The translations under genes and the position numbers were made by a program. From Phormidesmis sp. (GTDB lineage: Bacteria > Cyanobacteriota > Cyanobacteriia > Leptolyngbyales > Leptolyngbyaceae), in contig CBDFJR010000005.1 in assembly GCA_965248535.1 (NCBI GenBank), positions 1,856,001 through 1,920,000 on the forward strand: 64,000 nt of DNA, read 5' to 3'. Below, piece by piece: positions 38,243 to 48,376 of this stretch; within the stretch, counting starts at the first letter, position 1; every line of letters begins with the position of its first letter. The notes beneath the pieces were generated by a model. That model was not told the DNA's origin, searched no databases, and saw only the letters and a program-made list of their open reading frames with translations.

Positions 38243-39476
38243 TTCTGCCTCCCTGTGCCGAAATTTTCTCGTAGACCTCAACCAAAAATTTGCCCTTGGT
38301 CTCCCAGTTGAAATGCGCGTCAACCCGATGCTGTCCGGCCAATCCTAGGCGCGATCGTAGGGCAGGTTCTTTCACCAATTGCGTCATGGCGATCGCGATC
38401 CCCTGCACCGCTTGTTCGGGATCATGAGCCGGAATCTTAAAGCCCGTCTCCTCAGTCACCTGCACGGCCGGTCCACCCAGATCGAGGCAGATCACGGGTC
38501 GCCCGGAGGCCATCGCCTCTAGGCAGACAAACCCGCCCGACTCATGCAGACTGGGATGCACCAAGGCCAGACAGGTTGCCAACTGCTGAATCAACTCGGT
38601 TCGGGGCATTTCATCCAAAAATTTCACCTGGGGGGCAATGCCTAACTCAGTCGCCAGCGCCTGCAGTCCGGCGGCTTCGGCTCCTTTGCCTACGAGCCAA
38701 TATTCTGCTTCTGGGGGCAGATTAGCCTGAGCAAAGGCCCGCAATCCTAAGTGAAACCCTTTCCAGTGCAGAAACCGCCCGATGCTGATGAACCGAAGCG
38801 GCGCACGATCGGGCAGGGGATACTGCTTTAGCTGGGCCACCTCTTCGGGGAGTAACCCAACCTGGGAAAGGATCTGCACGTTTTTGCCGCCCATGTCCAC
38901 CAGCCGTTCGGCAGTGTCTGGGGTGGTGGCCCAGACCAAGGCGCTGCGCCGAACCGTCATGCGGGTAAACGGATCGCGCTCCCCCACCCATCGGCTCAGG
39001 TTTCGCAGCCTTTCGTAAATTTTTCCGCGTTGGCTGAAGTCCTTCCAGAAGGCAGCGGGAGCCGTTTCGCCGCCGCCCACGGGGCCTAAGATGAACGGGA
39101 TCGGCAGCAGGGATAGGAAACTGGGCGTGGAATACTTCACAAACGTGACATGGTGCGCCAGGTCAAACCCGATCGTGCGGTGCAGCTTGCGGGCCACAAA
39201 ATAGGCCTGAATCTGCCAGAGATAGTAGTGGAGTTGAAAGGCTGCCTGGCCAGACTTCCAGCCTGCGCCCCAAACGGGCAGCGTGAAGTAGACAAAGTGT
39301 AAATTGGGATTTGGGGTTTGCTCAAGGGTGGCTTCGATCGCCTCTCGGCCGTCATCGGGGCGAGTCAGCACCCAGACCTCGTGGAATTTGGCGATTTCCC
39401 AAGCGGTGTTCCAACCTACTCCCAGTTCGGTGCCGCGCCCCGGTTCGCAGGCGTAGGCAGATAGCAAAACCTTCAT
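38220..39476 (-). CDS. GT4 glycosyltransferase
   Basis: SAYACEPGRGTE, GRFLHWKG, HESGGFVCLEAMA. Confidence 0.93.
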   Translation of the reverse strand: MKVLLSAYACEPGRGTELGVGWNTAWEIAKFHEVWVLTRPDDGREAIEATLEQTPNPNLHFVYFTLPVWGAGWKSGQAAFQLHYYLWQIQAYFVARKLHRTIGFDLAHHVTFVKYSTPSFLSLLPIPFILGPVGGGETAPAAFWKDFSQRGKIYERLRNLSRWVGERDPFTRMTVRRSALVWATTPDTAERLVDMGGKNVQILSQVGLLPEEVAQLKQYPLPDRAPLRFISIGRFLHWKGFHLGLRAFAQANLPPEAEYWLVGKGAEAAGLQALATELGIAPQVKFLDEMPRTELIQQLATCLALVHPSLHESGGFVCLEAMASGRPVICLDLGGPAVQVTEETGFKIPAHDPEQAVQGIAIAMTQLVKEPALRSRLGLAGQHRVDAHFNWETKGKFLVEVYEKISAQGGRNADSHSS

Positions 39477-40633
39477 TGTGAAACCTCCTGATGACGGGAA
39501 GCAGAGGCTAGAACAGCTTGACAAAAATCGAGATACTGGCGACTGGCATTCAGATAATGAAAGTCCTGCGATCGCTGCCTTGCCTGGTCTCGATAGTGCT
39601 GCTTTTGTTCTGGGTGTGCCAATACTTGCAGAATTCCGGCAGCCAATGCATCGGGATCACCTGCCTGCACCAGCACGCCCGATTTGCCGAATTCTACAAT
39701 ATCCTTCATGCCTCCCGGCGCATCCGTCACCACCACCGCCGCCCCACAGGCCATGGCTTCCTGAAGCGCGATCGGGCAGCCCTCCCAGGCAGAGGCCAGG
39801 ACAAACAGATCACAAGCCGCCATATATCGATAAGGATTGGGATCATAGCCCGGCATCCAAACGGCATCCGCAACGCCCAGTTCTCGACTCAGCGCTTCTA
39901 GCTCTGGCCGCAGCGGGCCCTCACCCAAAATCAATAATCGGGCTGGCATTTTCTGAGTCACCTGAGCAAAGGCCCGCAGCAACCCATCCAGTTGCTTTTG
40001 TTTGGCCAACCGAGCGGCTGTCACAATCACCGGAATCTCAGAATTCTGAAACCAGGGATGGTCGATCGGCTCTTGAGCGCGCTGCTGCACCCGATCGACA
40101 TCGATCGGATTCAAAATCACCTGCATGGGGATCGTAGCCGGGACTTTGAGGGTTTCTACCAAGTCGGTAATCGTGTCTTTAGAAACGCCTACCAACCCAT
40201 CGCTGTGGGGATAGGTGTAGCGCATCAGCACAGGCAAAAACCGCAGGTGGGGCTTGTTTCGGTGTTCGATGCTGGCTTCCAGGCTAATAATGTTGTGTTC
40301 TCCCAAGATCACCTTGGTGTTCACCCCGGCTAGAGAGCGAGCTAAAACCGCCACAACGTTGAAATACCAGGGCATGGGCAGCAGCACGTCGGGCTGATAG
40401 TCTCGCAAATACCGAACCGTGGCAGGCAGCGATGAGGCCGTGCGCTTGACCTTGAGCGGCACGATCGGCATCTCTGGAAACCGGGCTAACTCGGTTTCAC
40501 TCGCATTGAGAATCACCAGATGAGTCTCGGCTCCTAATGCTTGAAAGCCGCGCACCAAATCGGTGCAGAGGTTTGTAAAGGTGCCCCCGCCGATGTCATG
40601 GGTCAAAATAGAAACTTTGGGTGCATTCATCAA
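39473..40633 (-). CDS. GT4 glycosyltransferase
   Basis: ARLAKQKQ, SAWEGCPIALQEAMACG. Confidence 0.93.
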   Translation of the reverse strand: MMNAPKVSILTHDIGGGTFTNLCTDLVRGFQALGAETHLVILNASETELARFPEMPIVPLKVKRTASSLPATVRYLRDYQPDVLLPMPWYFNVVAVLARSLAGVNTKVILGEHNIISLEASIEHRNKPHLRFLPVLMRYTYPHSDGLVGVSKDTITDLVETLKVPATIPMQVILNPIDVDRVQQRAQEPIDHPWFQNSEIPVIVTAARLAKQKQLDGLLRAFAQVTQKMPARLLILGEGPLRPELEALSRELGVADAVWMPGYDPNPYRYMAACDLFVLASAWEGCPIALQEAMACGAAVVVTDAPGGMKDIVEFGKSGVLVQAGDPDALAAGILQVLAHPEQKQHYRDQARQRSQDFHYLNASRQYLDFCQAVLASASRHQEVSQ

Positions 40634-40648
40634 TCTAGTCGTTAACGA

Positions 40649-41806
40649 TTAGGTTTGCAGTTCAGGTTTGCGGGTCGCCATCACCAGCGCTGTCACCTCC
40701 GCCAGACACGTAGCCGCCGCGATCGGGCTATAGTGCGCCATGATTTGCTGCGATCGTTCACCCATGGCCGCGATCGTCTCTGGGTGATCTAAAAACGTCT
40801 GCATTAGAGTTGCTAACTCGTCAGGATCATCTGGCGCAAACACATACCCATTCTCACCGTGGCTCACCAGTTCTGACGTGCCCGCCCCCCGTGAACACAG
40901 GATCGGCTTGCCCAGCAGCATCGCCTCTAGCGTCACCACGCCCCAAGTGTCTTCCTGAGTCGGGAACACAAACACATCGGCGCTTCTAAAATAGCTGCCA
41001 ATCTGGTCATAGCTCACCCGTCCGGCCCAGTGGATACGATCGCTGAGATGGTTTGCCTGACAAAACGCCTCTAGCTCTTCTTGCTGAGACCCACTGCCGA
41101 CAACGAGCAAGGTGTAATTTTCATAACCCCGCTGTTGCAGGGTTGCACAGGCATTCAGCAGCAGCGGCAAGCCCTTGCGGGGGATCAGATGACCCACAAA
41201 TAGAAAAATCGGTTGCTGTAGTGCTGTCAGAGAGGCTTCAGAATCAGCCCCCCCCGGCAGCGTCTTCTCATCGGGAATTTCATAGGGCTGCACAAAGACG
41301 CGATCGGGCTTGGCCCACAGCACCTCAGTCAAATAATCGCGCCCCGCTCGGCTGTTGCTGATGCAGGCATCGGCCATCCAGACCATAAACCGTCGCACCG
41401 TCAGCCGCAGGGCTGAGTGACGGTAGTCTACACCGGGCGAACTGCCCTCATAGGCAATCACCAATCGCCAGCCCATCAACGGCTTGAGTAAAACCGCGAT
41501 CACCGTCCAGATCCCAAACGAACTAGCAAACACAACCTGGGGACGCAGCCGCAGCAGATGACCAATGATCCCCGGCGACAGGTAAGTGAAATTATCGCCA
41601 TAGCTGCTTTCATCTTTGGTCAGTTCAATCACCCGAAACCGACCCACCACTTCTACCTTGAGCGATCCTTCCAGCCCTTTTGCAAATCCGGGAAACAGCC
41701 CAGTGAACACAGTTGTCTGGGGAAATAATCGCGCAAACTCGCTGATGGAGGGTTGCCAATAAAACCACGCTACGGGCAGCAACCAGGCAATACGAAGCTC
41801 ATTCAT
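40649..41806 (-). CDS. GT4 glycosyltransferase
   Basis: GHLIPRKG, EDTWGVVTLEAM. Start placed at MNELRIAW. Confidence 0.92.
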   Translation of the reverse strand: MNELRIAWLLPVAWFYWQPSISEFARLFPQTTVFTGLFPGFAKGLEGSLKVEVVGRFRVIELTKDESSYGDNFTYLSPGIIGHLLRLRPQVVFASSFGIWTVIAVLLKPLMGWRLVIAYEGSSPGVDYRHSALRLTVRRFMVWMADACISNSRAGRDYLTEVLWAKPDRVFVQPYEIPDEKTLPGGADSEASLTALQQPIFLFVGHLIPRKGLPLLLNACATLQQRGYENYTLLVVGSGSQQEELEAFCQANHLSDRIHWAGRVSYDQIGSYFRSADVFVFPTQEDTWGVVTLEAMLLGKPILCSRGAGTSELVSHGENGYVFAPDDPDELATLMQTFLDHPETIAAMGERSQQIMAHYSPIAAATCLAEVTALVMATRKPELQT

Positions 41807-42246
41807 AAATAGAAGTTGCTGGAATTGATCAAAACCGCTTTCGTCGTTAGACAGTTGTGCTGCTAAACAGAGCATCTATCCAGAGGTAAGTCTGTAGAAA
41901 GCTGCTCTAGTAAATCATAGAGTTGCGAGCAGAGAAATTTAGAAGAAATACGGAACCTTTGCTAAAAACTCATAATCAACCCCACGGGTGATGAGAACAG
42001 ATGCTTAGATCTTAATCAATCTTGCTCAGTCATCTTGCGGAGAGATTGCCTGCTATTTCGATTAAACTTTAAGGAGGATTAATGGTTGACCGCACTTTTG
42101 TGAAGTCTGGGTAAATTGTCTTCCACAGAGTTTCTGCATTTTCTGATAAGGCTCTTAACTATGGAAGTGACTACTTGAGTGGCACGTCCGATCGTGTTGA
42201 TTGCTTAACTCTGTTAACGTCACATCTCTGCAATGGGAACTGAGTA

Positions 42247-43383
42247 ATGACTGAGACTAACCCGCGGGTTGCGTTTTTTATCGGGTGTTTTGGTGGCGGG
42301 GGCATTGAGCGCATTACAGCCCACCTTGCCCATCGCTTTGTCGCCTTAGGGGTGCAGGTTGATCTAGTGTTAGACAAGGGCGGAAGCCCCCATCTGTGGC
42401 GAATGCCTCCCGAAACCCGGATTATCGATTTACAGGCTCCCCGGTTATCGATGAGTCTCCCCGGACTAGTGCGATATTTGCGGCAAGAACGCCCGGCAGC
42501 GCTGCTCTCAGCCGATCATTATTTAAACGAGATTGCGATTTTAGCCCGATCGTGGGCCAGAGTTCCCACTCGGTTGGTCGTGACCGAACACAATCAATTG
42601 TCCAAAACTGCCCGCAACGCTAGTCGGCTCAAAGGTCGGCTAGCTCCTTTGTGTGCTCGATGGCTTTACCCGCAAGCAGACGGCATTGTGGCTGTGTCGC
42701 AGGGGGTTGCTAAAGACCTGGCTCACACGGCCGTTCTGCCGCTAGATCGCATCGAAACGATCTACAATCCGGTCATTAACCCAGAGATGCTGGCCCTGGC
42801 TAAAGAGCCAGTAGAGCATCCCTGGTTTGCACCAGGAGAACCTCCCGTCATTCTAGGGGTTGGCAAACTGGAGGCGCAGAAGGACTTCCCAACCTTGATT
42901 CGGGCATTCGCAACGGTGCGGCGATCGCAGCCTGCCCGCTTGGTGATTCTCGGCTGGGGGCCCGATCGTCCACAGCTAGAAGCGCTCGTTCAGGAGTTGG
43001 GCCTAGAGGATGCGGTGGCCTTCCCTGGCTATGAGCAAAATCCTTATGCTTATATGGCACGATCGGCAGTGTTTGCGCTGTCGTCTGCCTGGGAAGGGTT
43101 GCCAACGGTGTTAATTGAGGCGATGGCCTTAGGCACCCCGGTAGTATCGACCGACTGTGAGAGCGGCCCTGCTGAAATTTTGGCGGGCGGACGCTATGGC
43201 AGCCTGACCCCTGTAGGAGACAGCGAGGCCCTAGCGGGATCTCTGCTTCAAGTTCTGTCAGGAAACCATAAATCTGTCGATCCCACTTGGCTAGAACAGT
43301 TTGGTTTAGAGACGGCAACTCAACGGTATCTAAAGATCTTAGGGATCGCTCCAATGAAAAAACCGCAAGAAAGTCATGGCTAA
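42247..43383 (+). CDS. GT4 glycosyltransferase
   Basis: GGGGIER, GKLEAQKDF, SAWEGLPTVLIEAMA; paralogue of 39473-40633. Confidence 0.93.
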   Translation: MTETNPRVAFFIGCFGGGGIERITAHLAHRFVALGVQVDLVLDKGGSPHLWRMPPETRIIDLQAPRLSMSLPGLVRYLRQERPAALLSADHYLNEIAILARSWARVPTRLVVTEHNQLSKTARNASRLKGRLAPLCARWLYPQADGIVAVSQGVAKDLAHTAVLPLDRIETIYNPVINPEMLALAKEPVEHPWFAPGEPPVILGVGKLEAQKDFPTLIRAFATVRRSQPARLVILGWGPDRPQLEALVQELGLEDAVAFPGYEQNPYAYMARSAVFALSSAWEGLPTVLIEAMALGTPVVSTDCESGPAEILAGGRYGSLTPVGDSEALAGSLLQVLSGNHKSVDPTWLEQFGLETATQRYLKILGIAPMKKPQESHG

Positions 43384-43401
43384 TCTCCACCGAGGCACAT
43401 C

Positions 43402-44334
43402 ATGAAGTTGGCTATTTTATTCTGGTTTTATAAAGAACCAGACGTGTGTAAAGATCGCTTAGAACTTTTGCGCCAACACAACCCGACTGCTCTAATTTAT
43501 GGCTTATATGGCGGCAATCCAGACGCAGCTAGCCACTATCAATCTTTGTTAGCTCCCTATCTCAATGATTTCTATGCCTTCACCGAAGATAGAGATTCCC
43601 TCTGGAAATGGCTTCAGGGCGACCTGCTGCTGACCCACTGGTATCGGGAGCGGGGCAAAGATTTAGACTGGGACACGGTGGTGATTGTTCAGTGGGATAT
43701 GTTGGTGTTTGGAGCCGTTGAAGACCTCTTTTCGATGCTGAAGAAAGATCAAATTCTGCTGTCGGGGCTACGACCGATCGCAGAGGTTGAACAGGATTGG
43801 ACTTGGGTCGCTCCCAAAGTTCCAGAACGCAGACACCAATATCTAGAGTTTTTGACTCATGTCCGTGAAACCTATCATTACCACCACGAGCCTCTAGGCT
43901 GCTTATTTATTGTGGTTGGTCTGCCCAGAATCTTTTTAGACAAATACTCCAGCGTAGAACAGCCAGAGCTAGGATTCATTGAATACCGCATCCCCATGTA
44001 TGCCCAAATCTTCGGCATACCTTTTTGTGAAAATCATCCGTTTCAAGCCTGGTGGGTAGATGTCGATCCAAGTTTTCAGGCCAAAAATCCACTTAAGCGA
44101 GCCGTCAACGCGCTGCACCTAAAGTTGAATCCAAACCCCCTAAACCCTGCCCGGCGAGATATTTCTCTCATTCCCATCTACAGGCATTTGTGCAGTCAAA
44201 CAGGTGCTAGAATTTTCCACCCCTACCAGCAGACCTTTCCTATTCAGAAACGGCAAAGAGCAGCCGCATTGCTAAATGAGTTAAAGCAAGACTTTAGTTG
44301 GCTGACTCAAAAACTGACGGGGCAAAAACGGTAG
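43402..44334 (+). CDS. Hypothetical protein, possibly GT-A-like
   Basis: 310-aa ORF in the GT operon; DTVVIVQWDMLV resembles a DXD-position strand. Confidence 0.55.
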   Translation: MKLAILFWFYKEPDVCKDRLELLRQHNPTALIYGLYGGNPDAASHYQSLLAPYLNDFYAFTEDRDSLWKWLQGDLLLTHWYRERGKDLDWDTVVIVQWDMLVFGAVEDLFSMLKKDQILLSGLRPIAEVEQDWTWVAPKVPERRHQYLEFLTHVRETYHYHHEPLGCLFIVVGLPRIFLDKYSSVEQPELGFIEYRIPMYAQIFGIPFCENHPFQAWWVDVDPSFQAKNPLKRAVNALHLKLNPNPLNPARRDISLIPIYRHLCSQTGARIFHPYQQTFPIQKRQRAAALLNELKQDFSWLTQKLTGQKR

Positions 44335-44355
44335 CAGTGAATCGCCCCATAGGTC

Positions 44356-44652
44356 TTATTGAGGAGCTTTAACCAGCAGGGCTGTCCAGAGATGTGAAGG
44401 ATTTGCGTAGTAGTTGATCACCTCCACTTGATAGCACCCTCGCGAGAGCACTAGATAATCCCCACGATTAATTCTTTTGCCATACCCAGTCATGTGTGCC
44501 TGACTACCGTCGGCGGTTATTTCAAATACATAGTCGATGCCATTTATCTGCTGAGTATAGTTATGGACTTTTGATGAAACGGGTGAGACAAGGGTCAATA
44601 GCCGATCAAGAAAATTTATAGAGGGGACTGTCTGTTCTGGGTCAGTCAACAT
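44356..44652 (-). CDS. Small hypothetical protein
   Basis: HNYTQ..GIDYVFE...YQVE.INYYANP..LWTALL. Confidence 0.7.
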   Translation of the reverse strand: MLTDPEQTVPSINFLDRLLTLVSPVSSKVHNYTQQINGIDYVFEITADGSQAHMTGYGKRINRGDYLVLSRGCYQVEVINYYANPSHLWTALLVKAPQ

Positions 44653-45220
44653 AAAAATGATTCCACGGTGAATGTGGGAGAGGGATCGAAATCTCAGGGA
44701 GGGCGTTTGCAGAATAACCTAAGCAATTTGAACAGCAGTATAGTCTAGCTACCTTTACCTGTGACAAAAAAATCAAGACTAGTTTAAGAAAGCCGCTGAA
44801 AGTAAGGATGAAAAGCTGTGCCAGTTTTGTTGCCTACACCCAGGGATGAGCGCCAGAATCTGGGGTGTGAATCAACGAGAAGTTTTTACCGTGTATCTTA
44901 CCCTAGCCTGTCTATCGGTTCAAGGCTCCCTGCTGTTTTGATAACGCTGGCTCCCAAATGTCCCAAATCTGCTCTCCAATCGTCAAAAAATGCTTGATCA
45001 GACCTTCGCGCCCGGTTTCAAAGTCCCCTTAATTTTCTTGCGTTGTCGTTCCATCTTGTTCTGTCCAATCCAGCCGATGACTTGAGTATTTTCCCCACCC
45101 GTTGTTCTAAGCTTCAGTGAGAAATGCTACTGAAAAAACTTATAATTCGGGCGATGGATTAACTGGAAGCTGTGTTCTCTCTTAAACATTAAAAGTGGAT
45201 TGCTAGATCCCCTGACTAAA

Positions 45221-46156
45221 ATGAGTAACCAACCGAAGAATCCCTACCTTGCTGCTTTGCGGCCTCGACAATGGACGAAAAATCTGATCGTTTTTGCGGC
45301 CTCTCTATTCTCGTTTAACCTGACTGTTCAAGCGCTATTGGGTAGTCTATTGGCATTTGGACTGTTTTGCTGCACGTCTAGTAGTTTTTATCTGATTAAC
45401 GATCTGGCGGATGTCGAGTCCGATCGCAAGCATCCTGTTAAGTGCAAGAGACCGATCGCGGCGGGGCTGATCAGCGTTCCTATCGCGATGGCAATGGCGG
45501 TTGTGCTGCTGGGCGGCTCTCTGTTGACCGCTTGGCTGTATGACAAACGGTTGGGAGCGGCGATCAGTTGCTATGCGCTGCTTCAGGTTGCTTATAACTT
45601 AAAGCTGAAGCGCACCGTGATCTTAGATGTGGTGGCGATCGCGACTGGATTTGTGCTCAGGGCCTATGGCGGTGCGGCAGCAACCAATGTGGTTCTTTCC
45701 TCTTGGTTTTTGCTCTGCACGGGGATGCTGGCGCTTTTTCTAGGCATCGAAAAGCGGAAAGCCGAGATTCGTCTGGCAGAGTTTAAGGGTGGCCCCACCC
45801 GCGCTGTCTTGAGTCGCTATTCTCAAGATCTTCTCAGCCGCATGGAGAACACGGTGACGACGGGGGCGGTGATGACCTATGCAATTTGGAGTTCGGGGCC
45901 CAATGTGAATGGGGCAACGACTCCGTGGATGCTGCTGACGTTGCCCTTTGTGCTGTATGGAATTTTTCGCTACCAGTTGCTCAGTGACCCGCAAGAAATT
46001 TCTCGGAGAACTGATCTGGGTCAAGAAAAAGGCGGCAAAACAGAGCGCCCCGAAGAAATTTTGCTCACCGATCGTCCGATTTTGCTGACGATATTGGCTT
46101 GGATTTTGACAACACTGGCGATTTTAACGTTGAAGCATCAAGGAGTCATTGATTAA
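45221..46156 (+). CDS. Decaprenyl-phosphate phosphoribosyltransferase-like (UbiA family)
   Basis: RPRQWTKNLIVF, YLINDLADVESDRKHPVKCKRPIAAG, GFVLRA, KRKAE, YGIFRY, RPEE. Confidence 0.9.
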   Translation: MSNQPKNPYLAALRPRQWTKNLIVFAASLFSFNLTVQALLGSLLAFGLFCCTSSSFYLINDLADVESDRKHPVKCKRPIAAGLISVPIAMAMAVVLLGGSLLTAWLYDKRLGAAISCYALLQVAYNLKLKRTVILDVVAIATGFVLRAYGGAAATNVVLSSWFLLCTGMLALFLGIEKRKAEIRLAEFKGGPTRAVLSRYSQDLLSRMENTVTTGAVMTYAIWSSGPNVNGATTPWMLLTLPFVLYGIFRYQLLSDPQEISRRTDLGQEKGGKTERPEEILLTDRPILLTILAWILTTLAILTLKHQGVID

Positions 46157-46157
46157 G

Positions 46158-46667
46158 ATGTCCACTCACAAAACTCTTCCACGATCGGCTGATAATTTAA
46201 TGATGCTAGATCTGCATTTGCTCACCGCAAACGGGATCTTAGGGATAATTTTAGATTTAGACAACACGATCGTATCGGAAGACGATCGCTATCTTTCTCC
46301 CGGTGCAGAAGCCTGGATTAGCAAAGCAAAACAGGAAGGATTGAAATTTTTTATCCTCTCCAACGGCAAGCGTCGTCACCGGGTGAAGTTTTGGTCGCAG
46401 AGACTGGATGTGCCTGCCATCAGTCCGGCTCGCAAGCCGTTTCCGTCTTCCTTTCGTAAAGCTTTTAAGAGAATGGGTCTCAAGCCGTTCCAGGTTGTGG
46501 TGATCGGAGACAGCCGTCACACAGATATGCTAGGGGCGTGGTTAGTGGGCTGTCCTAGCATTCAGGTTGCCACACTGCCCCATCCCCTGCGCTGGTGGGA
46601 AAAACTGTTTGGTAAGCGGGTGCAAATTCCCTACCCAGCCGATCTAGAATTGTTGGATTTCACCTGA
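46158..46667 (+). CDS. YqeG-family HAD IIIA phosphatase
   Basis: ILDLDNT, LSN, ARKP, VIGDSRHTDMLGA. Confidence 0.9.
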   Translation: MSTHKTLPRSADNLMMLDLHLLTANGILGIILDLDNTIVSEDDRYLSPGAEAWISKAKQEGLKFFILSNGKRRHRVKFWSQRLDVPAISPARKPFPSSFRKAFKRMGLKPFQVVVIGDSRHTDMLGAWLVGCPSIQVATLPHPLRWWEKLFGKRVQIPYPADLELLDFT

Positions 46668-46707
46668 CAGCAATAGAGGGCTTTAATGCTCAATCATTAC
46701 TAACATC

Positions 46708-48034
46708 TTGACATCCTCACCGTCTTAAAGGAGCGGTGATTCCTAAGACTCACGACTTAGGTTTCTGCTTCATTGCAACTGCCCTCAAAGCGAATGCTGA
46801 TCCGGTCTTACGTTCGCTCCACAGACTTTCACGGCAAGCCCTGCCGCAAGAATATTATTTGCTGCGTTGATGTCCCGGTCATGGTGTGTCCCGCAACTGG
46901 GGCAGTCCCAGTCTCGAATCTCCAACGGCAACTTATCCACGATGTAACCACAATGCCCACACCGCTTAGAACTCGGAAACCATCGGTCAATCTTGACGAA
47001 GCTGCGACCATACCAATCGCACTTGTATTCAAGCTGTCTGACCAACTCAGACCATGCAGCATCGCTGATGGACTTAGCCAGCTTCCGATTCTTAACCATG
47101 TTCTTCACAGCCAAGTCCTCAACGGCGATGGTTTGGTTTTCACGCACCAATCGAGTTGTCAACTTGTGAAGAAAATCATTTCTCGCATCGCTAATCTCTG
47201 CATAGACTCTAGCGACTTTGATCCGAGCTTTGTGTCGGTTGTTCGACCCTTTTTGCTTGCGACTCAACGCCTTCTGCGCCAAGCGCAGTTTGCGACGCTT
47301 GGCAGCAAAGCCTTTGGGGTTGACAACCTTCTCGCCTGTACTCAGAGCGACCAGGCTAGTGATGCCCAAATCAATTCCAATTTGGTTGGGCGATTCGGGC
47401 AAGGGTTCAACCTCAACATCCACCAGCAGAGAAACCGTCCATCTCCCAGCCGGGGAGAGTTTCACCGTGACGGTGGAGGGTTCAGTACCTTGGGGGAGTT
47501 GTCTACTCCATCGGATATTGAGCGGTTCAGCATCCTTAGCCAGAAATACCTGAGCATCTCTGAACTTAAATGCCGACTTGGTAAATTCAGCACTGCCGCC
47601 GTGATGCTTCTTCTTGAAGTTGGGGTATTGTGCCCGTCCTGCAAAGAAATTGGTAAACGCTTTCTGAAGGTGACGCAATCCCTGTTGCAGAGGAACGCAA
47701 CTCACTTCGTTGAGAAATTGCAAGGCTTCCGCTTTCTTCCACGCGGTCAGCATGGTCGAGGTTTCAGCGTAGCCAACTCGTTCCTGACGCTCGTACCACG
47801 CCTCTGTCCTAGCGGCGAGGGCGCGGTTATACACCAATCGAGTACAGCCCATCGTGCGCCTCAGCAAGGTTTCTTGCTCAGGTGTTGGATAGAAGCGGTA
47901 CTTGAAGGCTTTCTGCGTCATGTCTCACAGTATAGCGTCTATTCTGTGAGAAGCGTGAGAGATTGGGCACTCGATCCAGTGCTCGCTCCTATCCCTCCCT
48001 GTCCTAAAGGATCAGGGTTTCTCGGAGGTTTTCG
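46708..48034 (-). mobile_element. IS200/IS605-family (IS1341-like, tnpB-only) element
   Basis: Minus strand: left end GAAACCCTGATCCTTTAGGACAGGG hairpin, tnpB, right end TCACCG...CGGTGAGGATGTCAA. Confidence 0.85.
46785..47921 (-). CDS. tnpB: TnpB RNA-guided endonuclease
   Basis: AFKYRFYPT; RuvC GIDLG / AVEDL / DRDINAA intact; CGHC...CPSC. Confidence 0.97.
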   Translation of the reverse strand: MTQKAFKYRFYPTPEQETLLRRTMGCTRLVYNRALAARTEAWYERQERVGYAETSTMLTAWKKAEALQFLNEVSCVPLQQGLRHLQKAFTNFFAGRAQYPNFKKKHHGGSAEFTKSAFKFRDAQVFLAKDAEPLNIRWSRQLPQGTEPSTVTVKLSPAGRWTVSLLVDVEVEPLPESPNQIGIDLGITSLVALSTGEKVVNPKGFAAKRRKLRLAQKALSRKQKGSNNRHKARIKVARVYAEISDARNDFLHKLTTRLVRENQTIAVEDLAVKNMVKNRKLAKSISDAAWSELVRQLEYKCDWYGRSFVKIDRWFPSSKRCGHCGYIVDKLPLEIRDWDCPSCGTHHDRDINAANNILAAGLAVKVCGANVRPDQHSL

Positions 48035-48376
48035 ATGACCCCTAATGTTCTCTTCACCCTTCTGATTTTGACCACGGTTGGTCTAAACACTGTTGCACAA
48101 ACTTTATTAAAGCTGGGATCGGGTTCTAATCCTCTCAATGGCTATCTTTTGGGTGGGCTGCTGTCCTATGGATTGAGTACGGTTTTCTATATTTTGGTTC
48201 TGGGTAAGTTTAATCTTTCGGTGGCCTATCCCGTCGTGATTGGGTTAACAGTTGCCGCCACCACGCTTGCTGGAGCGATTATTTTGCGGGAAAAAGTTGA
48301 GGTCTCCCAGTGGGTGGGGATCGGACTGATGCTCAGTGGCATCTTGGCGATCGCTTTTGCCAAAGGCAGCAGCTAA
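48035..48376 (+). CDS. SMR/EamA-like small 4-TM transporter (ArnE/F-like)
   Basis: AQTLLK, NLSVAYP, ILREKV...QWVGIGL. Confidence 0.85.
   Translation: MTPNVLFTLLILTTVGLNTVAQTLLKLGSGSNPLNGYLLGGLLSYGLSTVFYILVLGKFNLSVAYPVVIGLTVAATTLAGAIILREKVEVSQWVGIGLMLSGILAIAFAKGSS

Noticed and set aside
39478..40333. Plus-strand ORFs of 219, 127 and 113 aa
   Set aside because: Antisense to a GC-rich GT4 gene; stop-poor shadow frames.
46773..48038. 421-aa plus-strand ORF
   Set aside because: Antisense shadow of tnpB, a common feature of these elements; no recognisable motifs.
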